NCBI RefSeq assembly: GCF_963921235.1
Contig: NC_086097.1
Span: 241,802,001-241,866,000, forward strand
Source: Mobula hypostoma
Taxonomy: Eukaryota
DNA: 64,000 bases
Reading direction: 5' to 3'
This document shows positions 1 through 11,770 of the stretch, piece after piece. Numbering within the stretch: position 1 is the stretch's first letter; the number at the start of each line of letters is the position of its first letter. Made by a program: the position numbers and the translations under genes. The notes beneath the pieces were generated by a model that saw only the letters and a list, made by a program, of their open reading frames with translations, made no database searches and was not told the origin of the DNA.

Positions 1-60
1 GCAACACACACAAAATGCTGGTGAACGCAGCAGGCCAGACAGCATCCATAGGAAGAAGCA

Positions 61-97
61 CAGTTGACGTTTCAGGCCGAGACCCTTCGTCAGGACT
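61..97 (-). ncRNA. Minimal type I hammerhead ribozyme motif in PLE terminus
   Basis: Minus strand AGUC-CUGACGA-AGG-GUCUCGG-CCU-GAAACGUC-AACU. Both conserved core boxes and stem II present; one mismatch in stem I. Confidence 0.75.
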
Positions 98-2441
98 AAC
101 TGAAAGAAGAGATAGTAAGAGATTTTAAAGTTGGAGGGGGAGGGGGAGATCCAAAATGATAGGAGAAGACAGGAGGGGGAGGGATGGAGCCAAGAGCTGG
201 AAAGTTGATTGGCAAAAGGGATACAAGGCTGGAGAAGGAAGAGGATCATGGGACGGGAGGCCAAGGGAGAAAGAAAGAGAGGGGAGCACCAGAGGAAGAT
301 GGAGAGCAGGCAAGGAGTTATTATGAGAGGGACAGAGAGAGAGAGAGAGAGAGAAAGAAAAAATAAAAAACAAATAAGTAAATAAGGGATGGGGTAAGAA
401 CGGGAGGAGAGGCATTAACGGAAGTTAGAGAAGTCAATGTTCATGCCATCAGAGGTTGGAGGCTACCCAGACAGAATATAAGGTGTTGTTCCTCCAACCT
501 GAGTGTAGCTCCATCCTGAGAGGAGAGGAGGCCATGGATAGACATGTCAGAATGGGAATGGGATGTGGAATTAAAATGTGTGGCCACTGGGAGATCCTGC
601 TTTCTCTGACGGACAGAGCGTAGGTGTTCAGCGAAACGGTCTCCCAGTCTGCATCGGGTTTTACAAATATATAAAGGATGTTCAATCCCTTCCCAACTAT
701 GTTCATGACATTTCTTATGCTCTGGATTTTTTCGATGATTTTAAGTTCCCTGGCCCCCACCGCTTTATTTTCACCATGGATGTCCAGTCCCTATATACCT
801 CCATCCCCCGCCATGAAGGTCTCAAAGCTCTCGCTTCTTTTTGGATTCCAGACCTAACCAGTTCCCCTCTACCACCACTCTCTTCCGTCTAGCGGAATTA
901 GTCCTTACTCTTAATAATATCTCCTTTGGCTCCACCCACTTCCTCCAAACTAAAGGTGTAACCATGGGCACCCTTATGGGTCCTAGCTATGCTTGCCTTT
1001 TTGTTGGGTTTGTGGAACAAACTATGTTCTGTACCTATTCTGGTATCTGTCCCCCACTTTTTCTTCGCTACATCGGCATCTGCATTGGCGCTGCTTCCTG
1101 CACGCATGCTGAGCTCGTTGACTTTATTAACTTTGCCTCCAACTTTCACCCTGCCCTCAAGTTTACCTGGTCCATTTCCGACACCTCCCTCCCCTTTCTA
1201 GATCTTTCTGTCTATATCACTGGAGACAGCTCAGCTACTGATGTCTACGATAAGCCTACTGACTCTCACAGCTACTTGGACTATTCCTCTTCCCACCCTG
1301 TCTCTTGCAAAAATGCCATCCCCTTCTTGCAATTCCTCCGTCTCCGCCGCATCTGCTCTCAGGATGAGGCCTTTCATTCCAGGACAAAGGAGATGTCTTC
1401 CTTTTTTAAAGAGAGGGGCTTCCCTTCCTCCACCATCAACTCTGCTCTCGAATACATCTCCCCCCATTTCACGCACATCTGCTCTCACACCATCCTCCCG
1501 CCACCCCACTAGGAATAGGGTTCCTCTTGTCCTCACCTACCATCCCACCAGCCTCCGGGTCCAACATATAATTCTCCGTAACTTCCACCACCTCCAACGG
1601 GATCCCACCACTAAGCACATCTTTCCCTCTCCCCCATTTCTGCTTTCCGCAGAGATCGCTCCCTACGCAACTCCCTTGTCCATTCGTCCCCCCATCCCTT
1701 CCCACCAATCTCCCTCCCAGCACTTATCCTTGCAAGCAGAACAAGTGCTACACATGCACTTACACTTCCTCCCTCACCACCATTCAGGGCCCCAGACAGT
1801 CCTTCCAGGTGAGGCGACACTTCACCTGTGAGTCGGCTGGGGTGATATACTGTGTCCGGTGCTCCCGGTGCGGCCTTCTATATATTGGCGAAACCTGATG
1901 CAGGCTGGGAGACCGTTTCGCTGAACACCTACGCTCTGTCTGCCAGAGGAAGCAGGATCTCCCAGTGGCCACACATTTTAATTCCACGTCCCATTCCCAT
2001 TCTGATATGTCTATCCACGGCCTCCTCTACTGTCAAGATGAAGCCACACTCAGGTTGGAGGAACAACACCTTATATTCCATCTGGGTAGCCTCCAACCTC
2101 TGATGGCATGAACATTGACTTCTCTAACTTCCGTTAATGCCCCTCCTCCCCTTCTTACCCCATCTCTTATTTATTTATTTATTTGTTTATTATTTTTTCT
2201 CTCTCTCTCTCTCTCTCTGTCCCTCTCACAGTAACTCCTTGCCTGCTCTCCATCTTCCTCTGGTGCTCCCCTCCCCCTTTCTTTCTCCCTCGGCCTCCTG
2301 TTCCATGATCCTTTCATATCCCTTTTGCCAATCAACTTTCCAGCTCTTAGTTCCATTTCTCCCCCTCCTGTCTTCTCCTATCATTTCAGATCTCCCCCTC
2401 CCCCTCCCACTTTCAAATCGCTTACTATCTCTTCTTTCAGT

Positions 2442-2479
2442 TAATCCTGATGAAGCGTCTTGGCCCGAAACGTCAACTG
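2442..2479 (+). ncRNA. Minimal hammerhead ribozyme motif (degenerate) in PLE terminus
   Basis: AAUC-CUGAUGA-AGCG-UCUUGG-CCC-GAAACGUC-AACUG. Confidence 0.65.
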
Positions 2480-2560
2480 TCTGGCCTGCTGCATTCCACC
2501 AGCATTTTGTGTGTGTTGCTTGAATTTCTAGCATCTGCAGATTTCCTCGTGTTTACGTTA

Positions 2561-2672
2561 GTCTTCCTTTCCAGTCCTGATGAAGGGTTTTGGCCCAAAA
2601 CTACGACTGCTTGCTCTTTTCCATGGATGCTGCCTGGCCTGTTGATTTCCTCCAGCATTTTGTGTGTGTTGC
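2561..2672 (+). mobile_element. Second PLE terminal fragment with decayed hammerhead
   Basis: CAGTCCTGATGAAGGGTTTTGGCCCAAAACTACGACTG followed by the PLE tail ..ttcctccagcattttgtgtgtgttgc. Confidence 0.8.
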
Positions 2673-2889
2673 AATCAGAAAAATACCTAAGAAGAAATGT
2701 ACTAGAGCTAAAGTTACGAATGAAGATTATCCAAGACTCTGACTTAGGGGAGTTACGCATGTGCAGAGCAGGAAAGACAATGGACTAAATGATTTTACTG
2801 AGTATCATTAGTCACGGTACATGCTGGGCTACTTAAAGTGCGGGAGTGACAAACCTATCCTACCGAGACAAATAATGTGCGCACTCGAA

Positions 2890-3960
2890 AGACCATAGGA
2901 CCATAAAGTGTGGGAGCAGAATTAGGCCATTTGGCCCATCAAATCTGCTCCGCCATTTCATCATGGCTGGTCCAATTTTTTCTCAGCCCCAATCTCCTGC
3001 CTTCTTCCTGTATCCCTTCGTGCCTCGACCAATCAAGAACCTATCAACCTCTGCCTTAAATATACGTAAAGACTTGGACTCCACAGCAGCCTATGGCAAA
3101 GAATTCCACAGATTCACTAGTCTCTGGCTAATTAAATTCCTCATCTCCATTCTAAAAGGACGTCCCTCTCTTCTGAGGCTGATTCCTATGGTCTGAAGAC
3201 TCTCCCACCATAGGAAACATCCTCTCAACATCCACTCTCTCAAGGCCTTTCACCATTCGATAGGTTTCAATTAGGTCCATAATTCATATCAATAAGATGC
3301 TCTTCATATGACAAGCTATTCAATCCTGGGATCATTTTCGTGAACCCCTCTTGAACCCACTCCAGTTTCAGCACATCCTTTCTAAGATAAGGGGACAAAA
3401 CTGCTCACAATATTCCAAGTGATGCCTCACCAGTGTTTTATAAAGTCTCAATATTAGATCCTTCCTTTCATAGTCTAGTCCTCTTGAAGTGAATGCTAGC
3501 ATTGTATTTGCCTTCCTCACCACAGACTCAACCTGCAAATTAAACTTCAGGGAATCCTGCACAAGCACTCCCAAGTCCTTTGCACCTCAGAGTTTTGTAT
3601 TATCTCTATCTTTAGAAAACAGTCAACCCTTTTATTTCTTCTACCAAAGTGCATGACCATACACTTCCCGACACTATATTCCATCTGCCTTTTCTTTGCC
3701 CATTCTCCAAATCCTTCTAAGTCTTCTGTAGCCTCTATTCTCTTCTTTCTCAAAAACTAACTGTCCCTCCACCTTCTTTCATAACATCTGAAAACTTTGC
3801 AACAAAGTCATCAATTCCATCACCCAAATCATTGATATACAACATAAAAAGAATTGGTCCCAACACAGACCCTTGTGGAACACCACTAGTCACCAGCAGC
3901 CAGTCAGAAAAGGCCCCCTTTATTCCCACTCTTTGCCTCCAGCCAATCAGCCACTTCTGA
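2890..3960 (-). mobile_element. CR1 LINE 3' fragment (RT remnant)
   Basis: [23 protein letters not shown] and LYKTLVRHHLEYCEQF; tail (GACCATAG)n-like. Confidence 0.92.
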
Positions 3961-4714
3961 TTGACCACGTTAAAAGAGAGTGCCTCTCATGCATAGGAGG
4001 GCCCAATCGATTATTTACCACATGATCAATTGGCCGTATACACACTTGCTATAGTCTCGCAATTGATCCGATATGGCTCAAGGGGGCTTTACAACACACA
4101 GGAATTACCAAACTGGACAATCTGCATTTGTAAAATAAATATACATATTGACCATTTAAAATTTTTTGTTTCTATCACAGCTTGTAATCCAATGTAGTAA
4201 TATGATCGTAATCTGCACAACTAAATCTGAAATTTATGCACAAAATCATAATGCCTTTGATGAGGAAAAATCTAAATTCAACAAACTGTGGTATATAAGA
4301 CATTAAGTGCAGAGAATGTACAATTAGTACAACTTGATAAATTGCTGTGGCAAATGTTTGAGAGTTACTACCTTCAATAAATGACAGCTCTTTGTTTTTG
4401 CCTTCACAAATATAAACACAAATGTGCCCAACACACTGACACTTTGAGAAGCATGTGATGTTGTTGCTCCAGGGACTAACAGAGAAATGTTCTGGTGTCA
4501 AGGGAATGAAGAATGAGGCTCTCTAATTAAGGGAATGACATTGGCAGGCAATGTGGCAAGTCAGGGGCACAGACATTTGTCCTCTAAATGAAATGACTGG
4601 ACATGTTCCTGAGGACAAACAATTTCATAGTCCAGGGTGAAGATATAGAACACACTGGCCAAGTCATGTGGGAATACAAAGATTAAAGATTAGCTTTATT
4701 TGTCATATGTACAT

Positions 4715-5097
4715 CTGAAAGAGTTAACTGGGGAATATGTGGAGGGATCAGTAATGATCTTTCAGGAATCATTAAATTCTGGAATGGTTCCGGAGGACTT
4801 GAAAATTGCAAATGTCACTCCACACTTTTATAAGGGAGGGAGGCAGAAGAATGGAAATTATAAGCCAGTTAGTCTGACTTCCATGGTTGAGAAGAAGTTG
4901 GAGTCCATTATTGAGGAATAGGTTTTGGGGTACATGGAGGCACATAATAAAGTAGGTCAAAGTCAGCATGGTTATCTTAAGGAGGAATCTTGCCTGAGAA
5001 ATCTATTGGGATTTTTTGAGGAAATAACAGGCAGGATAGACAAAGGAGAATCAGTGCATGCTGTTTACTTGGACTTTCAGAAGGCCTTTGACAAGGC
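4715..5097 (+). mobile_element. CR1 LINE RT fragment
   Basis: KIANVTPHFYKGG..NYKPVSLTS; SQHG..SCLRNLLGFFE..VYLDFQKAFDK. Confidence 0.9.
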
Positions 5098-6052
5098 ACA
5101 GGCTACCAATTCTGTGTATGAAAATAGTTGGTTTGTAGAGGTCTAATTATTTTGTTTACACAAAGGAAGTGGCAACACAACAGCTACAGAAGCAAGGAAA
5201 GCATAGAATATACTTGTCTTTATCAGTCAGGGCACTGAGCATAAAATGCAGGAAATCATGATACAGCTGCCTAATATGGAGTTAGATCATATATGATTTA
5301 TTGTGTATAGTTCTGAGTACCACATTACAGAAAGGATGTGAAGGCTTTGGAGAGGGAGCAGAAGCAGTTCACAAGGATGTTGCCTGGGATTCGATAGCAT
5401 TAGCTATAAGGAGACATTGCATAATTCTGGAATTGTTTCCACTGGACCACAGGAGGCTAAGGGGCAACCAGAATGACATCATATGAAGAACATTTGATGG
5501 CTCTGGGCCTGAATTCACTAGAATTCAGAAAAATGAAGGGTGACCTAATTGAAATCCATCAAATGGTGATCCCCACCACCGAGGTTATGCGCTCTTTTCG
5601 CTGCTCCCTCAGATAGAAGGTACAAGAGCTTCAGGACTTGCACCACCAGGTTCAAGAATAGTTAATACCACACAACAATCAGGCTCTTAAATAAAAGGAG
5701 GTAACTACATTCAACTTCACTTGCCCCATCATTGAATGTTCCCACAACAAATTATCTCACTTTCATGGCCTCTTTATCTCATTACCGCATCTTCTTGTTA
5801 TTTAATGTTACTTATTTTCATTTGCAATCGCATAGTTTGTTGTCTTCTGCACTCTGGTTGGTGTTTCATTGATCCTGTTATAGTTACTATTCTATAGATT
5901 TGCTGAGTATGCCCACAAGAAAATGAATCACACAAGTTGAATATGTTTCACTTCGAAAATAATATTTACTTTGAACTTTGTGAGCTCCTGGTAGGGTCAC
6001 CCATACCAGTAAGGTCAAGGGAAGGCTTACTTAGCCCAGGTTGCTGTTTATT

Positions 6053-7320
6053 GACAACACAACCATTTCTACAGTTCTGATCAAAAAGCTCCAAAAACCT
6101 GGGCCTCTGTACCTCCCTCTGCAACTGGATCCTTGACTTCCTCACTGGAAGACCACAGTCTGAGCGGATCAGAAATAACATCTCCACCTCGCTAATCAAC
6201 ACTGATGCACCTCAAGGATGTGTACTTAGCCCACTGCTCTACTCTCTTTACACCCATTACTGTGTGGCTAGGCACAGCTCAAATGCCATCTATAAACTTG
6301 CTGACAACATAACTACTGTAGCCAGAATTTCAGATGGTGATAAGAAGGTGTACAGGAGCAAGATATACCAGCTGGTTGAGAGGAGTTACAGGTCGGCTGG
6401 TGGTGCAGTGAGATCAGCGCTGGGCTTGAGAATGGAGGTTCCCGAGTTCGATCCAGTGACAGTCCGCTCCCGAGCGTGCTCTCCATCCGTGCCGGGTTGA
6501 TGTCGAGCCTCGTAAATAAAACACTGCCACCTCCAGTCTAAGTTCCCATGCAGAATATTGCGGAGGATCAAATACCCAAACCTAGCATTCAATATCAGTA
6601 AGACCAAAGAATTGATTATGGACTTCAGAAAGGGTAAGATGAAGGAACACACACCAGTTCTCACTGAGGGATCAGAAGTGGAAAGGGTGAGCAATTTCAA
6701 GTTCCTGGGTGTCAACATCTCTGAGGATCTATCTCGGGTCCAACACATCGATGCAGTTAGAAAGGCAGAACAACAGCGGCTATATTTCATTAGGTGTTTC
6801 AGGAGATTTGGTATATCACCAAAGATGCTCAGCAATGTCCTCAGATGTACCATGGAGAGCATTCTAACTGGCTGCATCATCGTCTGGTATGGGGGAGACC
6901 ACAGCACAGGATCAAAATAAGCTGCAGAAAGTTGTGAACTCAGACAGCTCCATCACGGGCCTCCACAGCATCCAGGACAACTCCAAGGAGTGACGCCTCA
7001 AAAAGGAGGGACACTCATCACCCAGGACATGCCCTGTTCTCAATGCCACCATCAGGGAGGAGGTACAGAAGCCTGAAGGAACACACTCAATGATTCATGA
7101 ATAGCTTCTTCCCCTCTGCCATCTAATTTCTGAATGGTCATTGAACCCTTGAACATCACCTCACTACTTGTTATCTCTTTTTGCACTGCTAATTTAACTT
7201 CTTTAATAAATATATACTTCTTACTGTAATTTACAAATATTATGTATTGCACTGTAGTACTGCTGCGCGAAAACAAATTTCACGACATATGCCAGCGATA
7301 TTAAACCTGATTCTGATTCT
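6053..7320 (+). mobile_element. Rex1/Babar-like LINE 3' part, interrupted by a SINE
   Basis: [72 protein letters not shown]; tail (GATTCT)n. Confidence 0.85.
6388..6578 (+). mobile_element. tRNA-derived SINE inserted in the Rex1/Babar-like copy
   Basis: A-box-like TGGTGCAGTGAG and B-box GAGTTCGATCC. Interrupts the host RT frame. Related sequence at ~47290-47420. Confidence 0.7.
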
Positions 7321-8632
7321 GAGGTTCCGAACAAAGAGTGATCCAACCGAGACCTCAACGGTGGAGAAGATGACGTCACGTCACAATGGTAGTGAAAGCA
7401 GAGGAAGGCTGCATCAGTGAAGGGTCCTGAGTCGATTTGCACTCTTTGCTACTGGACCCTGACCATGATCTGTCAAGGAATATGAGGTCGCTCCTGGTGC
7501 AGCAGCCTCTCTACATTAAAAAAAGTTCTCCATTAAGGAAATCCACCCTAACATACCAACTATGTGGATCCCGGATCAGCCTGTACAACCAAAGTTCAAA
7601 GTACACTATCAAAGTATGATACAACCTTGAAATTCCTCTACTTACAGACAGCCACAAAGCAAGAAACCCAAAAGAATCCAATTTTTTTAAAAAAAGACCA
7701 ACACCCTAAGCACAGAGAGAAAAAATAGATAAAAATCATGCAAACAATAAAAGCAAGCAATAGCATTCAGAACCAAAACGGAGTCCATAGACCTGAAACC
7801 TGGAGCAGGCCCATAGCCTCAGACTCAATTCATCAAGTCGTCTCAAAGCTCGCAGGTACAACGTGCATAGCAACTGGAGCAGTCCCACAGCCTCAGTGTC
7901 AGGGAGAGGGGAGTAAACGTCGTGGAAGAGCAAGTGGTATTGGCTCGATCCTCACCTGAGGGCTCACTAATAGACGACCCCTTTTGAGACTATCATATTC
8001 GATGGATGAGTATATACTACTACTACTGATGATCTTCATTCCTGTTCAAATGAGGTGAACTTTGTTTTGGGTAGTTTACATTCAGTAGCATACCTGCACA
8101 AACTTGGTGGCCTGGAAAGCCTCGGTCGACTTATATGTAAATTACTGCACTACATTAAGTAAATTTACCTGCAACAGAAAGGCTGGAAACACTCAGCTGG
8201 CCAGTATATTTCAGGTCAATGAACCTGATAAAAGTGTATTGACCGAAAACAATAATTCTTGTGTCTTAATCTAATGCTCGGAGAAGTTCCAGATTATTTT
8301 GACTTTGTTTCATACACTAGCCTTTAAATTGACAACTTGAGGGAAGATTTCATGTTGTACGTTCAGCCTATCAGGTCCACATACTTTTTCCATGGCCTGA
8401 TTTGGAAATTCTATAAATGCTTGTGGTTTCTTTGTGGTCAAACACTTGACTGGCCAAAAAGAAAATCAACTCAAAACACTGAGTACCAAGGGGGGTGGTG
8501 GGGGGGTGGAATGGGTAGCAGGGGTTCTTTCTTTCAGAAACATAAATAACATACATCTTTAACATTACCAAAGGTTTTTAAGCATAATGCAATTTTTTAA
8601 AATTCATTAGTGTACTTATAAATATTATCCAC

Positions 8633-9190
8633 TGAGGCCCTCCGTTGGTCAGGACCAACCATAGGTGTTGCATCCCTGGTGTGTACATGATACACAAGCT
8701 GAGGCAGTATGATATGGAGAGTAAGCTGTTGCCCACGTAGCAGCCTCCCCCTCTCCACACAGCTGACGAACCCAAAGGAGTGGCAGAGACTGAGACAGTT
8801 TGGCACTGGAGTTGCCAGTCAGCATTTGAACTCAACAGTGGACTGCTTCAGGGACTTCAGCTCCAGATTTTACCTCCCAAAGCCTTCCCTATGAGTAGGT
8901 ATAGCTGCAATGTAGCAGAAGATTGAGATCAGTTTTGTTTCTCCTAGATGAGCTGCTAACAGTGGCTGATGATCCCCACCTACCTGAAGCAACTGGTTTT
9001 AAGGCGGCAGTAACCCACCTTTACCCCTCTCCTGTCAGTAGAAACTGTTCTGCCGGGCTTAGTAACTAAGCCACATGTAAAGGCCAGGAGCTGGACTTGA
9101 TTGTTTGAGATGCACGCCATTAGGAGCATTTAATAGGTAGTGGGAACTTATCCCCACTATCCACTCCCGGCTATAACAAACTTAAGGAAC
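8633..9190 (+). mobile_element. ~560-bp non-coding interspersed repeat (family A, probably RTE-derived non-autonomous)
   Basis: Reverse-complement copies at 9410-10490 (split), 21230-21811, 45255-45790 and 49191-49768. Orientation and family assignment are inferred. Confidence 0.75.
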
Positions 9191-9409
9191 TTCTATAGTA
9201 AAACTCATCCACTACAGTAAAATTATACAAGTTCTTAGAGAAAAAAATTTCTATTTATTTCTTTAAGTTTTATAGTTCCATAAGTTGGAGAACATTAGAA
9301 TTCTTTTCTCAATTTATAACTGAAAATATATGGAACAGACGCCCCCAAAAGGAAGTTAATCCTATTCCGAATAAACAAATGGATAATTATTTGATAGATT
9401 TGTCTACTA

Positions 9410-10490
9410 AGCCCAGCATAACCGTTTGAACTGACAGCAGAGGGGGCAAAGGCATCTTAAAACCAGTTGCTTTGGGCAGATGGGGCTCATTACTACTGGG
9501 TGAAAGCTTATCTAGAAGGAAGATGGCGGGAGGAGAAGACAGCGGGACGATGCAGCGTGCGCGACCTCTCCGGCGATGAATATCTGTAATCTGTCAAGTA
9601 GGATGCTGTGTACAATTCTGATTTGATGGAGGAATATCTGGTGAAACTTCTGAAATGCCTGTTTCGCTGCCGCCGCTACTGTGTGATCTGAAATCTCCGG
9701 AGGGGAAGGGCCCCGAATCCTGGGCTTTGCCTGTTGCTTGGCGGCCGGGGCTGGGGTCAAAGCACTCGGCAGAGATGCTGCTCGGTGTTGGAGGGCTGGT
9801 TGGAGGCTCGAAGTTTTCAGACGGACTCAGAGTCAGACTGTGGTCGGGTGCTTCCAGGATGCTGCATCGGCAAGTTTGCGGCGCTGGAAGCTCATGGCAG
9901 GGAGAGTTTCTCCCTTCTACCGTCTGCGTGAGATGTTGGGGCTATCAGGACTTTGAGATTTTTATTTTTTACCGTGCCCATGGTCTGCTGTTATCAAATT
10001 ACGGTATTGCTTTGCACAGTTGTAACTACATGTTATAATTATGTGGTTTTTGTCATTTTTAGTCTTGGTTTGTCTTGTGTTTCTGTGATATCATACCAGA
10101 GGAACATTGTATCATTTTTTAATGCATGCATTTCTAAATGACAATAAACGAGGACTGAGTGTCCTCATAATCAAATCTAAACTCTGATCTCAAACATCCA
10201 CTGCCTTACAGCTATATCCACTTAAGGGGAAGGCTTCATGAGTAAACCCCAAGGGAAAATCAGTAGCTAGGGTCCCTAAGGCAGTCCTACATTGAGTTCA
10301 GTGCTGACTGGCAACTCCTGCGATGCCACTGGTGCCAAACTGCATCAGTCTCTGCCGTTCCTTTGGATTCATCAGCTGCCTGGAGAGGAGGCGCTTGCTC
10401 CAAGGGCAACAGCTCTCCATATCCAGCTGCCCAGGCTTGCGCATCACCGAGACACCTGAGCCGCCATTGCATATGTTGTCAACCCTGACC
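9410..10490 (-). mobile_element. Family A copy split by a younger insertion at ~9519-10179
   Basis: Left part ends ..tatctagaagga and resumes aactctgatctcaaac; these are contiguous in the 21230 copy. Confidence 0.75.
9519..10179 (+). mobile_element. CpG-rich non-autonomous retroelement (family B)
   Basis: Strong similarity to 51545-52095; 3' end ..aatgacaataaacgaggactgagtgtcctcataatc. Confidence 0.7.
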
Positions 10491-10529
10491 AAGACTTCAC
10501 CTCAGCTTGTCTCTTCTCCCACACCTCTC

Positions 10530-10935
10530 CCCCTTCCCTTCTGAGTCACAGAGACGGGCTTAGTGCCAAAGACCTGATTGTTGTGGCTTTCCTTTGCTAG
10601 GTCATTCGCCCCATCTCCCAACCAACAGGATCCAAAGTAGTATACTTGTAGCTGAGTGGAATGGCCACAGGGGAGCTCTGCACTGCTGCCTGTCCCCTTT
10701 CCCCTTCTTGATGGTCACCCAGTCTCCTGAGTCTTGAGCCTCAGGTGTAACTACCTCCTTGTATGTCCTGTCTGTCACCCTCTCAGCCTTCTGAATGATC
10801 CGGAGTTCATCCAGTTCCAGCTACAACTCCTTAACACGGTCTGCTAGAAACTGCAGCTGGATGACACTGGAGGTCTCCCTGCCTCTCCACAACCTGCAAG
10901 AGGAGCATTCCACTCTCCTGCATGGCAACCCCACT
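10530..10935 (-). mobile_element. CR1 ORF1 N-terminal remnant
   Basis: Minus-strand pieces VECSSCRLW, QLQFLADRVKEL..ELDELRII and PVAIPLSYKYTTLD, typical of CR1 ORF1 as recalled. Confidence 0.7.
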
Positions 10936-11770
10936 GCTCCAATGTTATTCTAATTCTGCTAGTCGATGCCAACCATGTTGTCCTCTCAACTAGTCTCAAT
11001 TTCCCGTGTTCAGCCCATGTCCTTCTAAGCCGCACCCCTCCATGTACCCATCCAATTACATCTTATGCTATTGCAGATGCTTTAACCACTTCCTCTGGCA
11101 GGATGCTCCATACACTCACCATCCTCTGTGTGAAAATGTTGCCCCTCAGATCGCTTCAAAATCATTCCCTTCTCACCTTAAACCAATGCCCCCAACAGAG
11201 AGAGAAAATGAAAACCTCTGGCCCCTTGAAGAGGGAAAGAGAGAAAAAAAAAGGACACACCAAAAATGAAGTTATATATTTTTAGAAAACATGTCCTATA
11301 ATAAACCAGAAATATAGGGTCAGCAGCTCCAAATCATACCGAGTGTTCCTTATAGACAATCTGCCTGAAGGACAATTTAAACCTGGACCAGTACCTTGCC
11401 TCTGAACTACAGTTACTATACAAAAAAAAATCCTTCCAGACACACAAATATTATCTTGAAATTTTTTAGAATGAATCACAGCATCCGAGTGAAGGCAATT
11501 GCCTGCCAAATGACTGTGTACAAGGCACATAATAAACAGCAGCAAAGACTACATCTCCATCAACAGATTTGTATATTTTACCTGTCTCTCCCCAACTCCT
11601 TTGACAATTCTAATAATTTACCAGGAAATGATGATGATTTGACAGATACTATTAATTCAAATATTTTTGCGTGAATATATTCAAAGTACATATGACAACT
11701 TAGCTTGTTTTCAATCAAATATTTTTCCCCATGTGTTTGTGGCAATACAGAATATTTAGTGCTTAAAAGG

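Larger units (their letters stand above)
1..2556 (+). mobile_element. Penelope-like element (PLE), 5'-truncated and frameshifted, with an inverted copy of its 3' end at 1-677
   Basis: RT motifs FTMDVQSLYTSIP, QTKGVTMGTLMGPSYACLF, FLRYI. GIY-YIG region FTCESAGVIYCVRCSRCGLLYIGET..RLGDRFAEH..VATHFNS..LEEQHLI at ~1820-2100. Bases 1-677 are the reverse complement of ~1875-2520, including a (GA)n/(TC)n tract. Confidence 0.93.

Noticed and set aside
2697..4100. Solo LTR split by the CR1 at 2890-3960
   Set aside because: TG..CA ends are possible but there is no convincing TSD or second copy
8760..9000. Hammerhead in family A repeats (CTGAYGA motifs)
   Set aside because: No paired stem II followed by GAAA
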